64,000 nt of DNA, taken from contig NMRA01000508.1 in assembly GCA_002633005.1 (NCBI GenBank), positions 165,250 to 229,249 of the forward strand, written 5' to 3'. A program made the position numbers and the translations under genes. The notes beneath the pieces were generated by a model. The model was not told where the DNA came from. It was given only the letters and a program-made list of their open reading frames with translations, and made no database searches. This document shows positions 47,943 through 61,200 of this stretch, piece after piece. Each line of letters opens with the position of its first letter. The first letter of the stretch is position 1. The DNA is from Phoronis australis (taxonomy: Eukaryota > Animalia > Phoronida).

Positions 47943-47993
47943 ATTACGTGAACATGGTTGAACATTACGTGAACATGGTTGAACATTACGTGA
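47943..47993. repeat. 21-bp tandem repeat, about 2.5 units
   Basis: attacgtgaacatggttgaac twice plus attacgtgaa. Confidence 0.85.
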
Positions 47994-50900
47994 AAGTTTC
48001 CGACGCCGCACAGGTGACCCCCAATAGCCAAACATGGTTTCTCTGAAATACTCAACAACATTCATGACTGGTTGATCTTGTTTCCTTGTGTTTACGTGAA
48101 ACACCAGTGTTTGCAACTGTTTATCTTACGGCCAACTAGGATCACATGTACATAATCATTCAAATAAGGGCACTTTCAGTCACGCAGTCTCTCGCGAGAC
48201 ACTTGTGGCAAGATTCATGTATCTGGGCTCCGTAGCGAGAAGTGAACCTTCAATATTCGAAGATATCTCTAGCTTTGATCACTACCAATGGCGATCATTT
48301 TACTAGATAGTTTTTACCAGCAAAACGACATGTAGAGCGAGGTCTTTGAACTAGCCGCTGAGATAATACCAACAGTGCCGGATTCTGGCTCAGCTAGTCG
48401 TAACCATGGCGCTCCTCGGTAGTTGTGGCAACCAGCTGGAGTAAATAAAAATACGAAAATCGTGACGAGCGTGGGATAGAGACGGGCGTGAAAAAGTTTA
48501 GATGAAAATTGTGACGACGGAGTGACAGCTCTATTTACCATCAGACTTCTTGCAGCGTAGGAATCCGGCCTGCATTATTCGTCAAACTATCGCGAGAGTG
48601 CATGTGGTAATTGTACCAGGGATTCAATTTCAAAGTTGGTAACTTGTTGTTCACTCTTGTTTCGACGCCGTAAAACAAAATCTCATCTACAGAGTTGGAT
48701 GTCAGGTACAACTTCTTCACTAACGTGATGCTCGTTCGCAGCCCGTGCTCTACTTTATCACTTGTTAAAGTGGATTTAAACTGTCATTATGGGACGTCTG
48801 GCATCCTGTAAAAACTTCTACTCAATATATCTCTCGTTTCTGTGGACTGTCATTCTGGTCAGTGAAGATATGCTCAGCCAGACCATCAGGTGGAGCGCAG
48901 TGAACAGACATGGGAATGCGATTCCCTTCTAATTTGCGTCCACTTGATAATTTTCACAGACGTTTTAAACTATAAAGTAAACATTTCTATAAAGCTTCTG
49001 GTTTTGTAAACCAAATGATTTCAATTTGAATTTTATTGAGCACTACTACAACGGTAGGTCAAAATCAGTGGCCAACTTCAAAGTTAACAAAACGAAAATG
49101 AAGCCAAAATAAACATCTGTGAGCTCTGTTTAGACTGCAGTGTAACCATAGAAACCAAAATTCGATACTTTGCTCTATTTTTGTGACGTGACCGTCGTAA
49201 ACTTAAAATAATTCGATTGTGTGAAATGGGATGTTACAAAGGTTACCTAAACAGCCCACAAAATGCACTATATGCAAGACGACTGAATGCCTGCATTCAG
49301 GTTTACCACTGATGAAAATTTACGCGGACGTCGAAAGTTGGTCTGTCTACTAGAAACTGATCCGTATTTGCGTCCCTTCCGCCACACACCGACCAGTAGG
49401 GGAGCTTTCTGTAGACTAAGACACCCGCGCTCCCCCGTTCTAATTTCACTGCATCCGTTTAGGAGTAATAGGATGACTGTTGCCCTATGGTGCTGCATAC
49501 CCAAATTACACAAAGGATTCTGGGACACATCAACAAAGGAACAGCAGTTGCAGAGTGCGTTATCTCTCTTCTCTTCTTTGATTTTTTCCTTTCAAACAAT
49601 GAAAATTTCAATTGAAAGTGGCGAATCAAGTTTTTTTAGTTCTCAGTGTCTAAAATGGTCGGGAAAGAATGTTGCCACGAACAAAAAGTGGTAAGTTCCT
49701 TTTGTATTTCCAACAGGTAAGAAGCATTCATATTTGCTGTTTTGGCAATTGCGACTGAGACAACGCTTTATGGTTCGTGGAAATGCTAGCTCATGCAGGA
49801 ACACGTAGTCACGCGAATGACAGCGTTTCGCGAGTATCTTCTGTGTAGGGCCAAATTGTCATAATTTCAAAATTGTGACGATTTTGGACCAGCGCTGCAG
49901 ACCCAAGTTGTCACAATTTGTACAAATTGTCACAATTGTGGCAATGTTCGGTCAGCGCTGTGACATTTCACTTGCGGTGAAAGGTACAGCCAGGAAAAAT
50001 TCCCTATTTTATCAGCTTTTCTTCAAATCAAAATTGCGTATCAACAAGTCGTTGGCGATATCACGCATGCTTGCAGTGGTGTAGCCCACCTGTGTACGTG
50101 TAAGTCATCCAGGTGCTTGTAAAGTATGATACTATTCAATTTTATATACCTCAATTTTTTTATTTTTTTTTAAATGCCCATGATCTTTTTAAGAAGTTGT
50201 CTCTGTCTCCTTATTTATGAGAGTTGGGGAGTCCCCTGTTCGAATAAGACAGTGAGATTAGACGTGTTTCGCGCCAATTCGAGAAGTTATTGTTAAAAAT
50301 TAAGAATGCGGGAAAAAGTTTGGCGTTAAAATGGGACAGGTCAGTACCTATAAGCAGTACCGTACAACGTCTTATAGAGTACAAGACCAAGGGTTAACAA
50401 ACTTTGATGTACACGAACTTGACTTCATTTTCTGTTCCTTTATGTCAGTCTTGGTTTTCAATTTTCTAGGAAAAGTATGTACGCTCGTTTTTTATATGCG
50501 TTTATCACGGGCTCGCCCTCATAGGAGGCTCAGTGGGAACTTGCCACCAACTCTCGTGGGTATCATCTCAGGTGGGTGAAATTATTGTCTTAGGCGACTA
50601 TTTTCCCAGTTTCCTTGGTATTGTGCTGGTCTGGATTTCGAACGTGTGTGCCGGTACCCCCCGGAATTCTCCCTTCCGTTTGGTTGTTGACTTAAAATGC
50701 CTAGGTGGCAATGGGCAACACTATTTTTACCGACTTAGATCGTAACGTTTGACTTTATATGGGAAGTGGAAGCGAGCTGCATAAAAACGAATCGCTTCAG
50801 TAGTGGACACCCAACCTTAATTTCCCCAGAAATGAACTAGAACCTCAAATCAAGTCGTGTCTCTGACTTTACGGTAATGGATTAACAGTCTGCCTGTCTG

Positions 50901-52142
50901 AGGGTAAAATTTCAACAAAAAATACTTTGGCTGCTATATGATAGGTAAAGTTTCAAAAAACAATATACTCATCATGCATTAGTCGATTGTTAGGGTTTGT
51001 CCGACAGATACGGTTTCAATAAACGTTCTTCATGGTCGATTAATTGATAGTTAGTGTGCTGTTTTATGGTACTAAGCAAACGTGCCTTGAAATATTGTCC
51101 GATCAGTGCAACTTCGCATTCGTCCGTATGTCAGAAATGCTCGTTTCCATTAATGCGCAATACATAACGCGATGCGTTTAAATGGCTTTAGCGATAAATA
51201 AAAGAAACGTTTCCATGTGTACGTACATGTAAGCGTAATCGCGTAATCCGTGTCTCCTCTTCAGAAGGCTAGGCCTACAGGTGTATACATAAACGATGGG
51301 GAAAACACACTGCAGTGCCAATTCACCGAGTGAGATGTCAAAATAACAATTGCCTACCCTCCACCCTCAGGAAGGGACAAATTTTTGTTGTCTTTTCCGT
51401 CCTACATGTGCATCCGTGAGTTTTAAACCAAAACGTTTGTTTTTGTGACAGAAGGCAGGTTTACTGTGCATCCGCGTCGAGTGGTTCAAAGCCGCCACTA
51501 GACCTCTGCTCGCAAGAAGAAAACCATCATTTTTATACGTTTTACATAAATAAACAATAAGATGATGCTAAAGCTGTTATTGTGAATATTTACGAATGCA
51601 TATATGCGAGAACGAGACTGTTGTAGCCTATACCTTAATTCTTTCGTACGAACTGAAACCTTTTTTATTGCTTTTAAATTAAAATTTCAGGTACTTGAGA
51701 ATTGACTTCACGCGAAGAAGCTATTACTGAAAATTATCTCTTGCAAGCTGGCGTTGAAACTGTAGCAAATAAAATTGGCCATTAATACGCACTCGGTCCA
51801 GGGTTTTATCTCCTAACTCGATTATCAGACTCGAAATTTGATCATGAGTCACGCAGCTCGATTCAAGTACAGATTTGCAAATTCACTCTAAGAGTAACAT
51901 GCACTAACAGGTCAATTTTCGAGTTAAGTTTCGAGACCCCGGGCCCAGAAGGCAAGAACAGCTAAATGTACGTAAAGTATTGTTATCTATTCGGATTATT
52001 TTGACACGAAGCGTTCACTTCCGCGGAGCTTTTCAAAAAATTACGGAAATATGATTTCTCTGTAATTCATAAACGAGATAATAAATTTCAGTGAATTGCG
52101 TTAGTCTTGCAGGACCCGGCCTAAACCACCATCCACTCTTTN

Positions 52143-52590
52143 TGTCATCTGCATAAAGGTATGTGCTACATGACAGGTTATCAGGAAGGTCATTAATATA
52201 AACCAAGAAGAGAAGAGGGCCCAATACGCTACCCTGCGGTACACCTGCGTTTACAAATCCAGGATGGGATAAAATTGAAAGTACGCCATCGACACGAACA
52301 CTGTATGTTCTTTCGGAGAGATATGAGGTGATCATGTTTAAAAGATTACCAGTAATGCCATAGGATCGAAGTTTGTGAAGTAGAAGGTCGTGAGGGACAC
52401 AGTCGAAAGCAGAAGCTATATCTAGAAAAATGGACCTGACACTCTCTCCCTTCTCAAAATGTAAATGAATCTCATGTACTATTTCAACAAGTTGTGCCAC
52501 GGTGCTGTTCCCACGCAAAAAACCAAATTGACGATGATAGATCAAGTTGTTTTGTTTGAGAAATGTAAGAATACTTTGAGCAATGAGCAT
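52143..52590 (-). mobile_element. CR1-group LINE reverse-transcriptase fragment
   Basis: Uninterrupted frame: [63 protein letters not shown]. 5'-truncated; the 3' side is cut by the n at 52142. Confidence 0.92.
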
Positions 52591-53071
52591 ATTGAGTAGT
52601 TGTAACAATTGCCATAGCTTATCGCGAGATTTAGACCAAGACAACAATCTTTGGAGGTTGCGCGTTGGTTTGGCGACTGTCAGCTGGGGGCATACAAGTA
52701 GACTTGACCGCGACCTCGCTGGTTTTGTCAAAATAACCAGCCAAGACATCTTATTGGTTCTCGATGACGACTTCCGGTTTTAATGAAGTTATGACATTGA
52801 TCAAAGTAGTTTCTTTGTGTCAGTGGTTTTCTTTTTTTTCATTAGATTACTCTATCTTTGAACTGTATTGTTCTGTATACGGACAAGTGTAAAGTCCGCA
52901 ATGGAGATGTTCATTCAGTCAAGGCATTCATTCATTTATTCATCGAGGGCACACTGGTTATTGTCATCATAAAAATCTAAAAATCACGTCTTTCAACCCA
53001 CAAAAAGGTGAACACGCCGTAATAATACCACTGGCCTTGTTTTGAATCCTTGTGATGAATATGCATATCCG

Positions 53072-53324
53072 CATGTGCGCACCCAGCCTTCAATATCGGG
53101 GGCTCGAACTTCTGTTGATGGGGACCTTTTGCTGACAAAATATCGGCAGGACTAAAAAAAATAAAAACGGGGTAGGCCTACTACCTTCAAAACTGTAAAC
53201 TGTGAGTTTGCGTCTTTTTAGTGGACTTTTGTCTCGTTTTCTCGGAGTTTTTGTTTCTCTTTGCCCACTTCGCCAAATTGGGGGGATCCTTCGAGCCCCC
53301 GAGCCCCTCCTGGATGGGCGCATG
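53072..53324. mobile_element. Inverted copy of the 45496-45733 MITE
   Basis: catgtgcgcacccagccttcaatat.gggggctcgaa ... ggatgggcgcatg is the reverse complement of the 45496-45733 element. Confidence 0.75.
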
Positions 53325-54292
53325 TATCTGCAGTCATGGAAACCCTTTATTGGATTTGTAAAACTATATATGCTACAAGCCGACCCAAAATTATATGCTT
53401 TTTTGCTTTTTGTTGCTGAAGAAACAGTTGGCAGCATTAGTAGCGGTAGTTGCCATGGCAACTATACGCTATATTTCCTAACGTTACCCTTCAGACATCT
53501 TCGCACCCCCCAAATGCCAAATGGAATCTCAGTGGGAGAATTTTAGGGGGGCCATAGCCCCCTTCGCCACCCTCTAAATTTGCCACTGTACATATTAGCC
53601 CATTTTCACCTTATCTGCAATCTTTGGATTGGTAGAGTAACGATTATTTTATAACATTTTTGTTGATGTCACTGTTTCCTAATTTTTACTGAAGAATGCA
53701 ATTGTATCATAGGGCATCAAAGGTCCAACTTACGTATAAAGATGTAAAAATTCAGATGAAATTTGTGCCCAAGAATTTGTCGGTGATAACAGTTAAAAAG
53801 TTACTCCGTTTGTACTATATAAACATTTCACCCTGAGCCCTGAACTCCATAGCAAGTAAGAACCAACACTAGAACAAACGAATGTAAATAAATTCCACGC
53901 ATGCGCTTCGCAATCTCAGCGGCGAGAGATATTCCATGTCGAGAGTCCCGTGTAGAGACCTGGCAAACAATACGTCGTAGAAATCGAAAGTTGAACATAC
54001 GTTCGAGAGTCCGCTCACATATAATTGGTAACCTGAGATTGCAACTACTGTACGAGTATGAGTAGCAGCAGCTATGAAATGCAGTTAAATGGTAACTTAT
54101 TGGTACATATAGCTTTGATGCTCAGTATTACAATATAACGTAGTGCTTTTTCGACAGAAAATACCCGCATGTGGAAAGATGCGAAGATAACTCTAGCTAG
54201 ATAATGGTAAGATAATACAGGTTGGTGTTGGCTTACGAAGTAAATGGTTGCCCCATAGATTACGTTTCTTCCTTTCGTCAACAGGTGGCAGA

Positions 54293-57230
54293 ATGAGGCT
54301 CGAATACATTCTCAGGTTTTGCGCGGTGGTGCTGGTTTGTTTATGCAGCCGATGCGCGGCGAGGTTCCTGCCCAAAAACCAACAATTCTGGAGCACATTT
54401 GACGAGTCGTCAGGAGAGGAATCCAGTGAGTATGGTAAGGTTCCGTATTCAGTTCACCCGACACAGGAAATTAAATAATAAGGAGAAATCGTAAAACTAT
54501 CAAGCACTAGGATACCTCTTCATCGTAATCCACGCTATACACGCTAAGGTGGCGTTTTGTTGTAGGAAGTACGCAGAAGTGTCGTCTTCTACTGTAATAG
54601 CACAAGAAAAATTAATCTTGAAAACGTTGGTTTGAAAGTTTCTGCTAATTTTCCAGTGTACGAAATAAAAACATAACATAGTGGAAAAGACCTCTTTCTT
54701 ACAATTGTCAACAAAAGTAAGATGCCAAGCCCCTGTCTAGTTTTTGCAAGATATCACCATGCATTTCAAGCAAACCACGTCGTGACTGTGTGACAACTCC
54801 TACGATAACATGTGGAGTTTCGTTAACCCAACGCCTAAGCGAGTTTAAACCAATCTAACTAAACGGTCCCAATTGATTCACAAATTATCAGTGTGGTTTA
54901 GCCGCCCTGCTGAAGGAAACCTATTGGTTAATCACTGTTATAATGCAGCGATTTTAAAAATTCGAAGACGGTTTATATTTACTCATTGATTTAAAACATA
55001 GCCATGTTGGTTGCCTGTCTTACTTATTGTATATTTTTTGACTTTGAAACTCGTACTGTACGCTAAATAGGCACCGTGGTTTATGGCCAATCCCAGGAAT
55101 AGTGACTAGATCACTTCAATCTGTGATAGCGCCATGAAGCATTTGATGTTCCGAGAAATTCGCTGGATAATCTAGGGTGAACAATGTGCTTTCTCGTCTA
55201 TTTTGTTGCTTGCAAATCCTGTTAGCGAAAAGTTGCCTAATGGCCTACTGATTTTCCACATTTTGTAAATTTTCCAAAATATGCTTCACGCTTTTGAAGG
55301 CTGACGATCTTCGACAATCTTCAAAACTTTATAACCAGTTTTAAAAAGTTTCACAGAAACTCATCTTTAGGGATAACTAATGGTCGCCTATAGGAGATCA
55401 TTTTTTCGTTCCATCTAGACACAGTTAATGTTTGTTCTAAGCTAAATCTGAGATTAGTATGTCTTTGGAAAACTCAGGGAAATGAGCTATACAATTGTCA
55501 GCAAACAACGAATGAGTAAATTCTGTAATTTTACGATAATATAGTCGGTCAAAAGGTTAAACTTGATAAGCTTATCAATTAGTTCTGTGCAAAATAACTG
55601 AACGGTATATATTATATTCTCTGCTTCTAGACCCGCTTCAAAAAACCGATCTATTTTCACCTGAAGATGGCAGCATAGGTTCTCCCATTTCCCATCGAGT
55701 TGCTCGTGGACCGGCAAAGAGGTCTTCACCAGAGTCACGTTATCTACGGACTTGGTACATTCCATGTAAGTTTTTAAGTCACAGTAAGTACTTTAAGATA
55801 AATGAGAATTCATGAACACAACAGTAAAATACAAACCTTGCCACTCCTTTTCACGTAATTGGGACAAAACTGATACCGAATATGACGTCACTATATCTGA
55901 TATGAAGTTGTCTACGTGCCTTTTCGTTATTTCAGCTCAATCCAACAAATGGTTGGCCATTAGCGTCACTTAAACATTTTATAGGTATTAACTTTTATTA
56001 ATGATTTTTACCAATTTGTATGCGTCGAGTGACAATTTCAAGCATTAAATGTGCAGAGTTATAACATGTCGTTAATTATGCATCCATTTATCTCTTAAGC
56101 TGGCGATATTTCTGAAATCAGAACCTTTCAATATTCCAATGTTTGTATTATTTCATGATTCGAGCATTCTATTCGACATATGTTATTATTTTTGTAAAAA
56201 CTCTTAAGAGCTGTTTTGGAAGCTCGGTGTACATGATATGAACATGCTTCTAAAGATTAAGGAATACCTTCGAAATCACCGCTCACCTCCACGTGAACAT
56301 GAGCTCTCATAAGGAAAACAGCTATTTGGCATCTATTGTTTCAAATAGCAAATATCTTCGAGTAGAATAATATCGCCTTTACATCAAACGCAACCCAAAC
56401 TTGTGATTCAAAATCAATCGGTAACTGAGTATAACCCGATTCGATTGAATCACGCACCGAATATTAAAGTCCTACGGAAATGGTACTTTGAAACACGTTT
56501 CCAACCACTGAAGAAAACTGCCTTAAGAAAAAAGAAAGACACCAATGAATAATAATAGTCGACTGAGTCAGAAGCGAAATTCTTGACTCAATACAATACA
56601 ATATTACTGGTTTCTAATTTCCAAGTAAGCTGTTATCCGTCAGTCTACTACGAGTATAAGTCATTTCCTGATATTCCATCATTAGAATTCTTAGCCGTTG
56701 TAAAATGTCAATTTAGAGCACAATTCTGTGATGAAATGTATTCGTGCAGTAACAAAGTGCCACTGAAAGAGAGCACCGTGCACGGTGCTTATGTAAGTTA
56801 CCGTGGTAGTAGGTTGAAAAATATATGTACGTTTTATGCTTTTGATAATTTCTTGTGTCCGGACTGTTCCGGGAGGCTACAGCTCCAATTCACGTACTGC
56901 AACAGCGGCAAAACGTGCACATGAATTATAAACCAACTTCAAACACCGAAAATCTGCCAAGAACTCTGGGTAATATTGCAATTGTTTTACTCGCAAATTA
57001 GCAAAAGTTGTACTCACAGCATGTATCTAGGGTCGTGAAATAGTGAAGAATTGTTCAATCAATATTAAAACTGAGTATACGGATGGGAACAAATTAAAGT
57101 TATTTCCACTGCAGTTCCAAGGAGACGAGCAACAGTGAGGATCAGCTACTCTCAGATTGCAGACTTCATTAAGTCACTAGAAGGCAAACCAGGACTGAAA
57201 ATGAATTCCCTCAAATTCGGCAGGCGGTGA
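54293..57230 (+). CDS. Neuropeptide/peptide-hormone precursor (85 aa) predicted to yield ATVRISYSQIADFIKSLEGKPGLKMNSLKF-amide
   Basis: join(54293-54434,57115-57230): donor G|GTAAGG, acceptor tttccactgcAG, phase 1 match. MRLEYILRFCAVVLVCLCSRCAA-RFLPKNQQFWSTFDESSGEESSEYVP-RRR-ATVRISYSQIADFIKSLEGKPGLKMNSLKF-GRR*. Layout is signal peptide, acidic spacer, basic cleavage site, C-terminal Gly + dibasic. A strong acceptor at 54283-54284 just before the ATG implies a 5'-UTR exon upstream. Confidence 0.8.
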
Positions 57231-58149
57231 CGTCATTGGTTACCAAATCGACCAAGAGAAGAGTCGACGAATAGGATAAGCGGAAATTCGATAGTCGATA
57301 CTCAGATGTAAATGGACGGTGTTCATCGAAAAATCATTCCATATTGACACTTTCGCGAATAGTTTAGCCGCTAGGTCGCCTACACTGGTCTTAACCACAT
57401 GCTTCGAGCGTGTGTGCGCTGACAACGGAGCCCATGGAAGGCTTAACTGAAAATTATATCGCTTACATGTAATTCAGCTGCTTGCAGTAAAAGTGTACAA
57501 GACTTTAAAACTCAATGAAATACATACGCTACAGTAGGTCACTTTGTGGCCAATGGGACACAATGCCGAAATAGAGGACTGTCACGTGGCTTCGTATATG
57601 TAGCGCTATTTATTAATCTCTACTCTGGGTTACATTTAACGCGTACTGAAGGACATAGAAACAACTATGGAATTGTTCAGTTGTCAACTCAATTAACGGT
57701 GTACACAAACCAAGTTTCAGGTAGGAGCAGGTAAAGAATTGTGTCAGAGGCAAAAGAAGTTTTAGCCAACCGTAAACCCGTACGGCTGGTTTTCATTTTT
57801 ATGTAACATTCCCCCACCAGATGGCAGGCATGTGCAATACTTTCGCTATTCCGTCAGTGTGGCCAGGCTTGCAAACATGGTTTCCCACAGGTACATCTAA
57901 AGCACTACTTCCGAGCAAGAAGGACGGTCCACAACAGACCTACTGTGATGCGTACTACCGGCATGACACAGATGACGCAGAAAGAGAACGGCTGTTTCGT
58001 TCATCTTTAAGAACGGAGTCGATATTTTAAGAACATGAATTTTAAGGATGACATTCTGTTCACTTAGTGAACTGCAACACTTGGGTTTTACGCTCAAACC
58101 CGGTTTTCTTAAGATAATATTTATCCCTTTAAACACGATTATAGAGAGT

Positions 58150-58291
58150 GCACTTGACCGTCTTCACCGGTTCCGCTTGGTCAACCTGATCGGACATCGG
58201 ACTGGTTTAAAAATCCGTAGGCTAAGTCACCAAGAATTAACCCATCTGGTGTCTGGTTGACCTAGTGAAACCGGCAAAGTAAGTCAAGTGC
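58150..58291. repeat. Imperfect inverted repeat (fold-back, MITE-like)
   Basis: gcacttgac..ccggtt.c.ct.ggtcaacc pairs with ggttgacctagtgaaaccgg..gtcaagtgc. Confidence 0.55.
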
Positions 58292-61200
58292 TGCCATTAT
58301 TTAATAATTCCTGTGGCAAGTTGTAGAAACAACCTCATGTATATCGTCACCGTCACACGGGAAACATAGAAGTGCAAAGTTGGATGTGTGCTAGCTATAT
58401 CAACTATTACGTTCGTTCATATTATGCATCTTTCTTTAACCTTTTTCTGTGTGGCCAATTAGATTGAAATGTCAGTTGAATTTTTAATATCCCAGCACTG
58501 AACTACACAGCCTATTAGTGATCGTTTTCATGTTTACTGCAGTCTAGCTTTTGTGTTCACGTGCTACACATCTACCAATGACTGAAATATGCCTAATGTA
58601 GGAAGTTATAAAACACAGATTCCACCCATAACTGCTAAATGGCGTGCATTAGGATGTTTGACATCTGCACAATGAAGCCAGCGGTTAAACTNCAGTGCTG
58701 CGCCGCCCATGGTAGTGCTTGTAGTCGAACTGTACTAAATGAAACCGATACGATTTTAATTTTTTTAATCTTAAAAGGCGTTACTATGACGAGGTACCAG
58801 ATCGGGCCTCAAAGGTTCTGTTATTGACTACGAATTTTCACGTATCGACGTCTTCTCATTATCATGCAATTCAAAAAATTTTGGTGCGACTCTGGCGGTC
58901 AGTATATTTCCTAAGTTAATTCGAGGCAAAGTAGTTAGTTGGCTACAGTACCGGACTTTGCGCCGGCAATAGTCGATCTCAAATTTTGGGCACGTCATAT
59001 CCGACCATTATCCTTTACGTCGCTGCCGAGCAGTGCCGGGGTATTGTAGACGAATATACCGAGCAGGAATACATGTGATTTGGTTAATTCATGTCTCTGA
59101 ACGGTCGGAATACAATGAAGAACGATATGCGATAACTTATTGTCTGAACATTAATCGGGATGATGTATTAATTTAATGCTAAAATTTTCTATAGTAGATA
59201 ATTTAATGAGTGAAATTCAAACATGTGTGTTTAGGTGGTTCAGTTGCTACATGCATTTGCCTATGTTGAAACATTCCATTTGAATTACTGTGCGTGAAAA
59301 TTTAATTTGCTACAATCAATAAAAACCTTTTTCAAGGAAATGCTTGATAATTTGTGTTGTACATGGAGTAAAGACAGGGGTTCTTCAAATTGTCAAACGT
59401 GCGTAGGGTATTGGCCACAGGGGAGGTTTAACGCTCGTCTATAGGCGCAGAGACAACGTTATGTTCAGCAACTTCTGTATCCAATGAGTTACTTTAATAA
59501 CTGTAACAAAAGATCCTACTACTTGCTCAATAGTCGAGCGTTGACCAGCAATGCACTGAACCCCAAGTTACAGCCTGGAGCGGCTTGCACAGAACGACAG
59601 CGACACCTATACAATGTATGCTACCCATATCTGTCAGAAGACACATACACTGTACAATATAAGCAACGCCATTAGATCACTTTTCTCAACTGAACTACAA
59701 TAGGATGCACCCGGATAGACATCTCCTGGACGTAAGAAAACGCCTAGTCACATTGGCTTCATTTCAGAACTGTCGGGTTGATCTAGAACTCATGTCGCAA
59801 ACTATTACATGTACATCCACGAATACTTTTCAAGTTTATCCAACTTACTGCCGTAGGAGTTGCAGCCCATAGCAAAACAGTAAAACGTCACTGTCATTGG
59901 AATGTCGAATGCAGTTTATGCAACTTCATTATTTCATCGCAGTCGGGCGATTCGCCGTTTCGATCTCGTGATCATGGTGCGCTTTAACCACAGAAACTCG
60001 AATTCTGTTCTCCATTTCGTTATTCAGTCCGTTGATCTACTAACTTTAACGCTAACTCTCAGTCTTCGGACCTAGTTCGACTGGATGCACTGAAACCCAA
60101 TTTGGAAAATTAAAACGATGTTTTGGTGATCATTAGCTTAATTTCGCACAGTAGTTGAAATTGCGAACTACTGTTGATATACATGTACAGGTTATGTTGA
60201 CCAAAAACAAATTTTCACCGAAAAATTAAGCAAAAATCTTGAGAATTGAAGATTCATGACGTTTTCGGTTTTCCTAAGGCTCTGCAAATTGATTTAATTC
60301 AAACTTAGGTACACAAGTTCTCGAAAACGGCTCGATGGATTTCACTTAAACTTTTACAGTTTCAAGTGATATTTATTCATATATATATATCAAAAACGCT
60401 CCTACGACTTTCGTTTCAAACGCGTAGTTCACATACGGTAAAACAGGCGAATACGACTATTTTTTACAAAAATACTTCACGTTTGGAGATAAAATTGGCA
60501 TAGAAAGCAAACGAAATGAGTTAACGAAAATTCCTAACAACGTTCCTTTTTGAGGTAAATTGTGAAGTTTTCACTTAAAAAGAGTTTCATTAAAATCGCC
60601 CAAGGATTGGTTGAAAGAACCTTTCTCAAAAATGAAATATTGACCTAAAATCTACTAACGCGATAGTAATAATAACACAAAAATATATAACATGTTTTAT
60701 TCATCAACGATTTTTTTTCAGACAAAGCCCGAGTAAGAATGAAAGTCATCAAAAACGATGATACCATTTAGATTTCTTTAACCGCTTCAAACATAAACAT
60801 TCTTCAAAAGAAAGAAAACACCAAAACAGATACAATTTTAAGACAGCAGCAAATATGCGTTTGTGTTTTTGTTTTCTTAAGATGGATATTTCAAAGACAG
60901 TAAGGGAATTTCAGCGTCATGAAATTTGCCAAGGCATCAAAAACGAAACTTTTAATTAGTCAACTTAAAAGCAATTTTATAAGCAGGTTATCTCAATGTA
61001 TTGGTCTGTAAGTGGGTATTATTCATTTACTTCCTCCATATTAAGCTTACATGTAATTCCGATCAACATTGAATTATGGCAGGACTTCATACTAACCAAC
61101 AAGATCTTACGGGAGAATAAACCCAAGCAACAAGGACAAACCCAAATACTCGATCTGTTGAATGTATTGAATACGGGAGCTTGTCACAGTACAAAGATGT

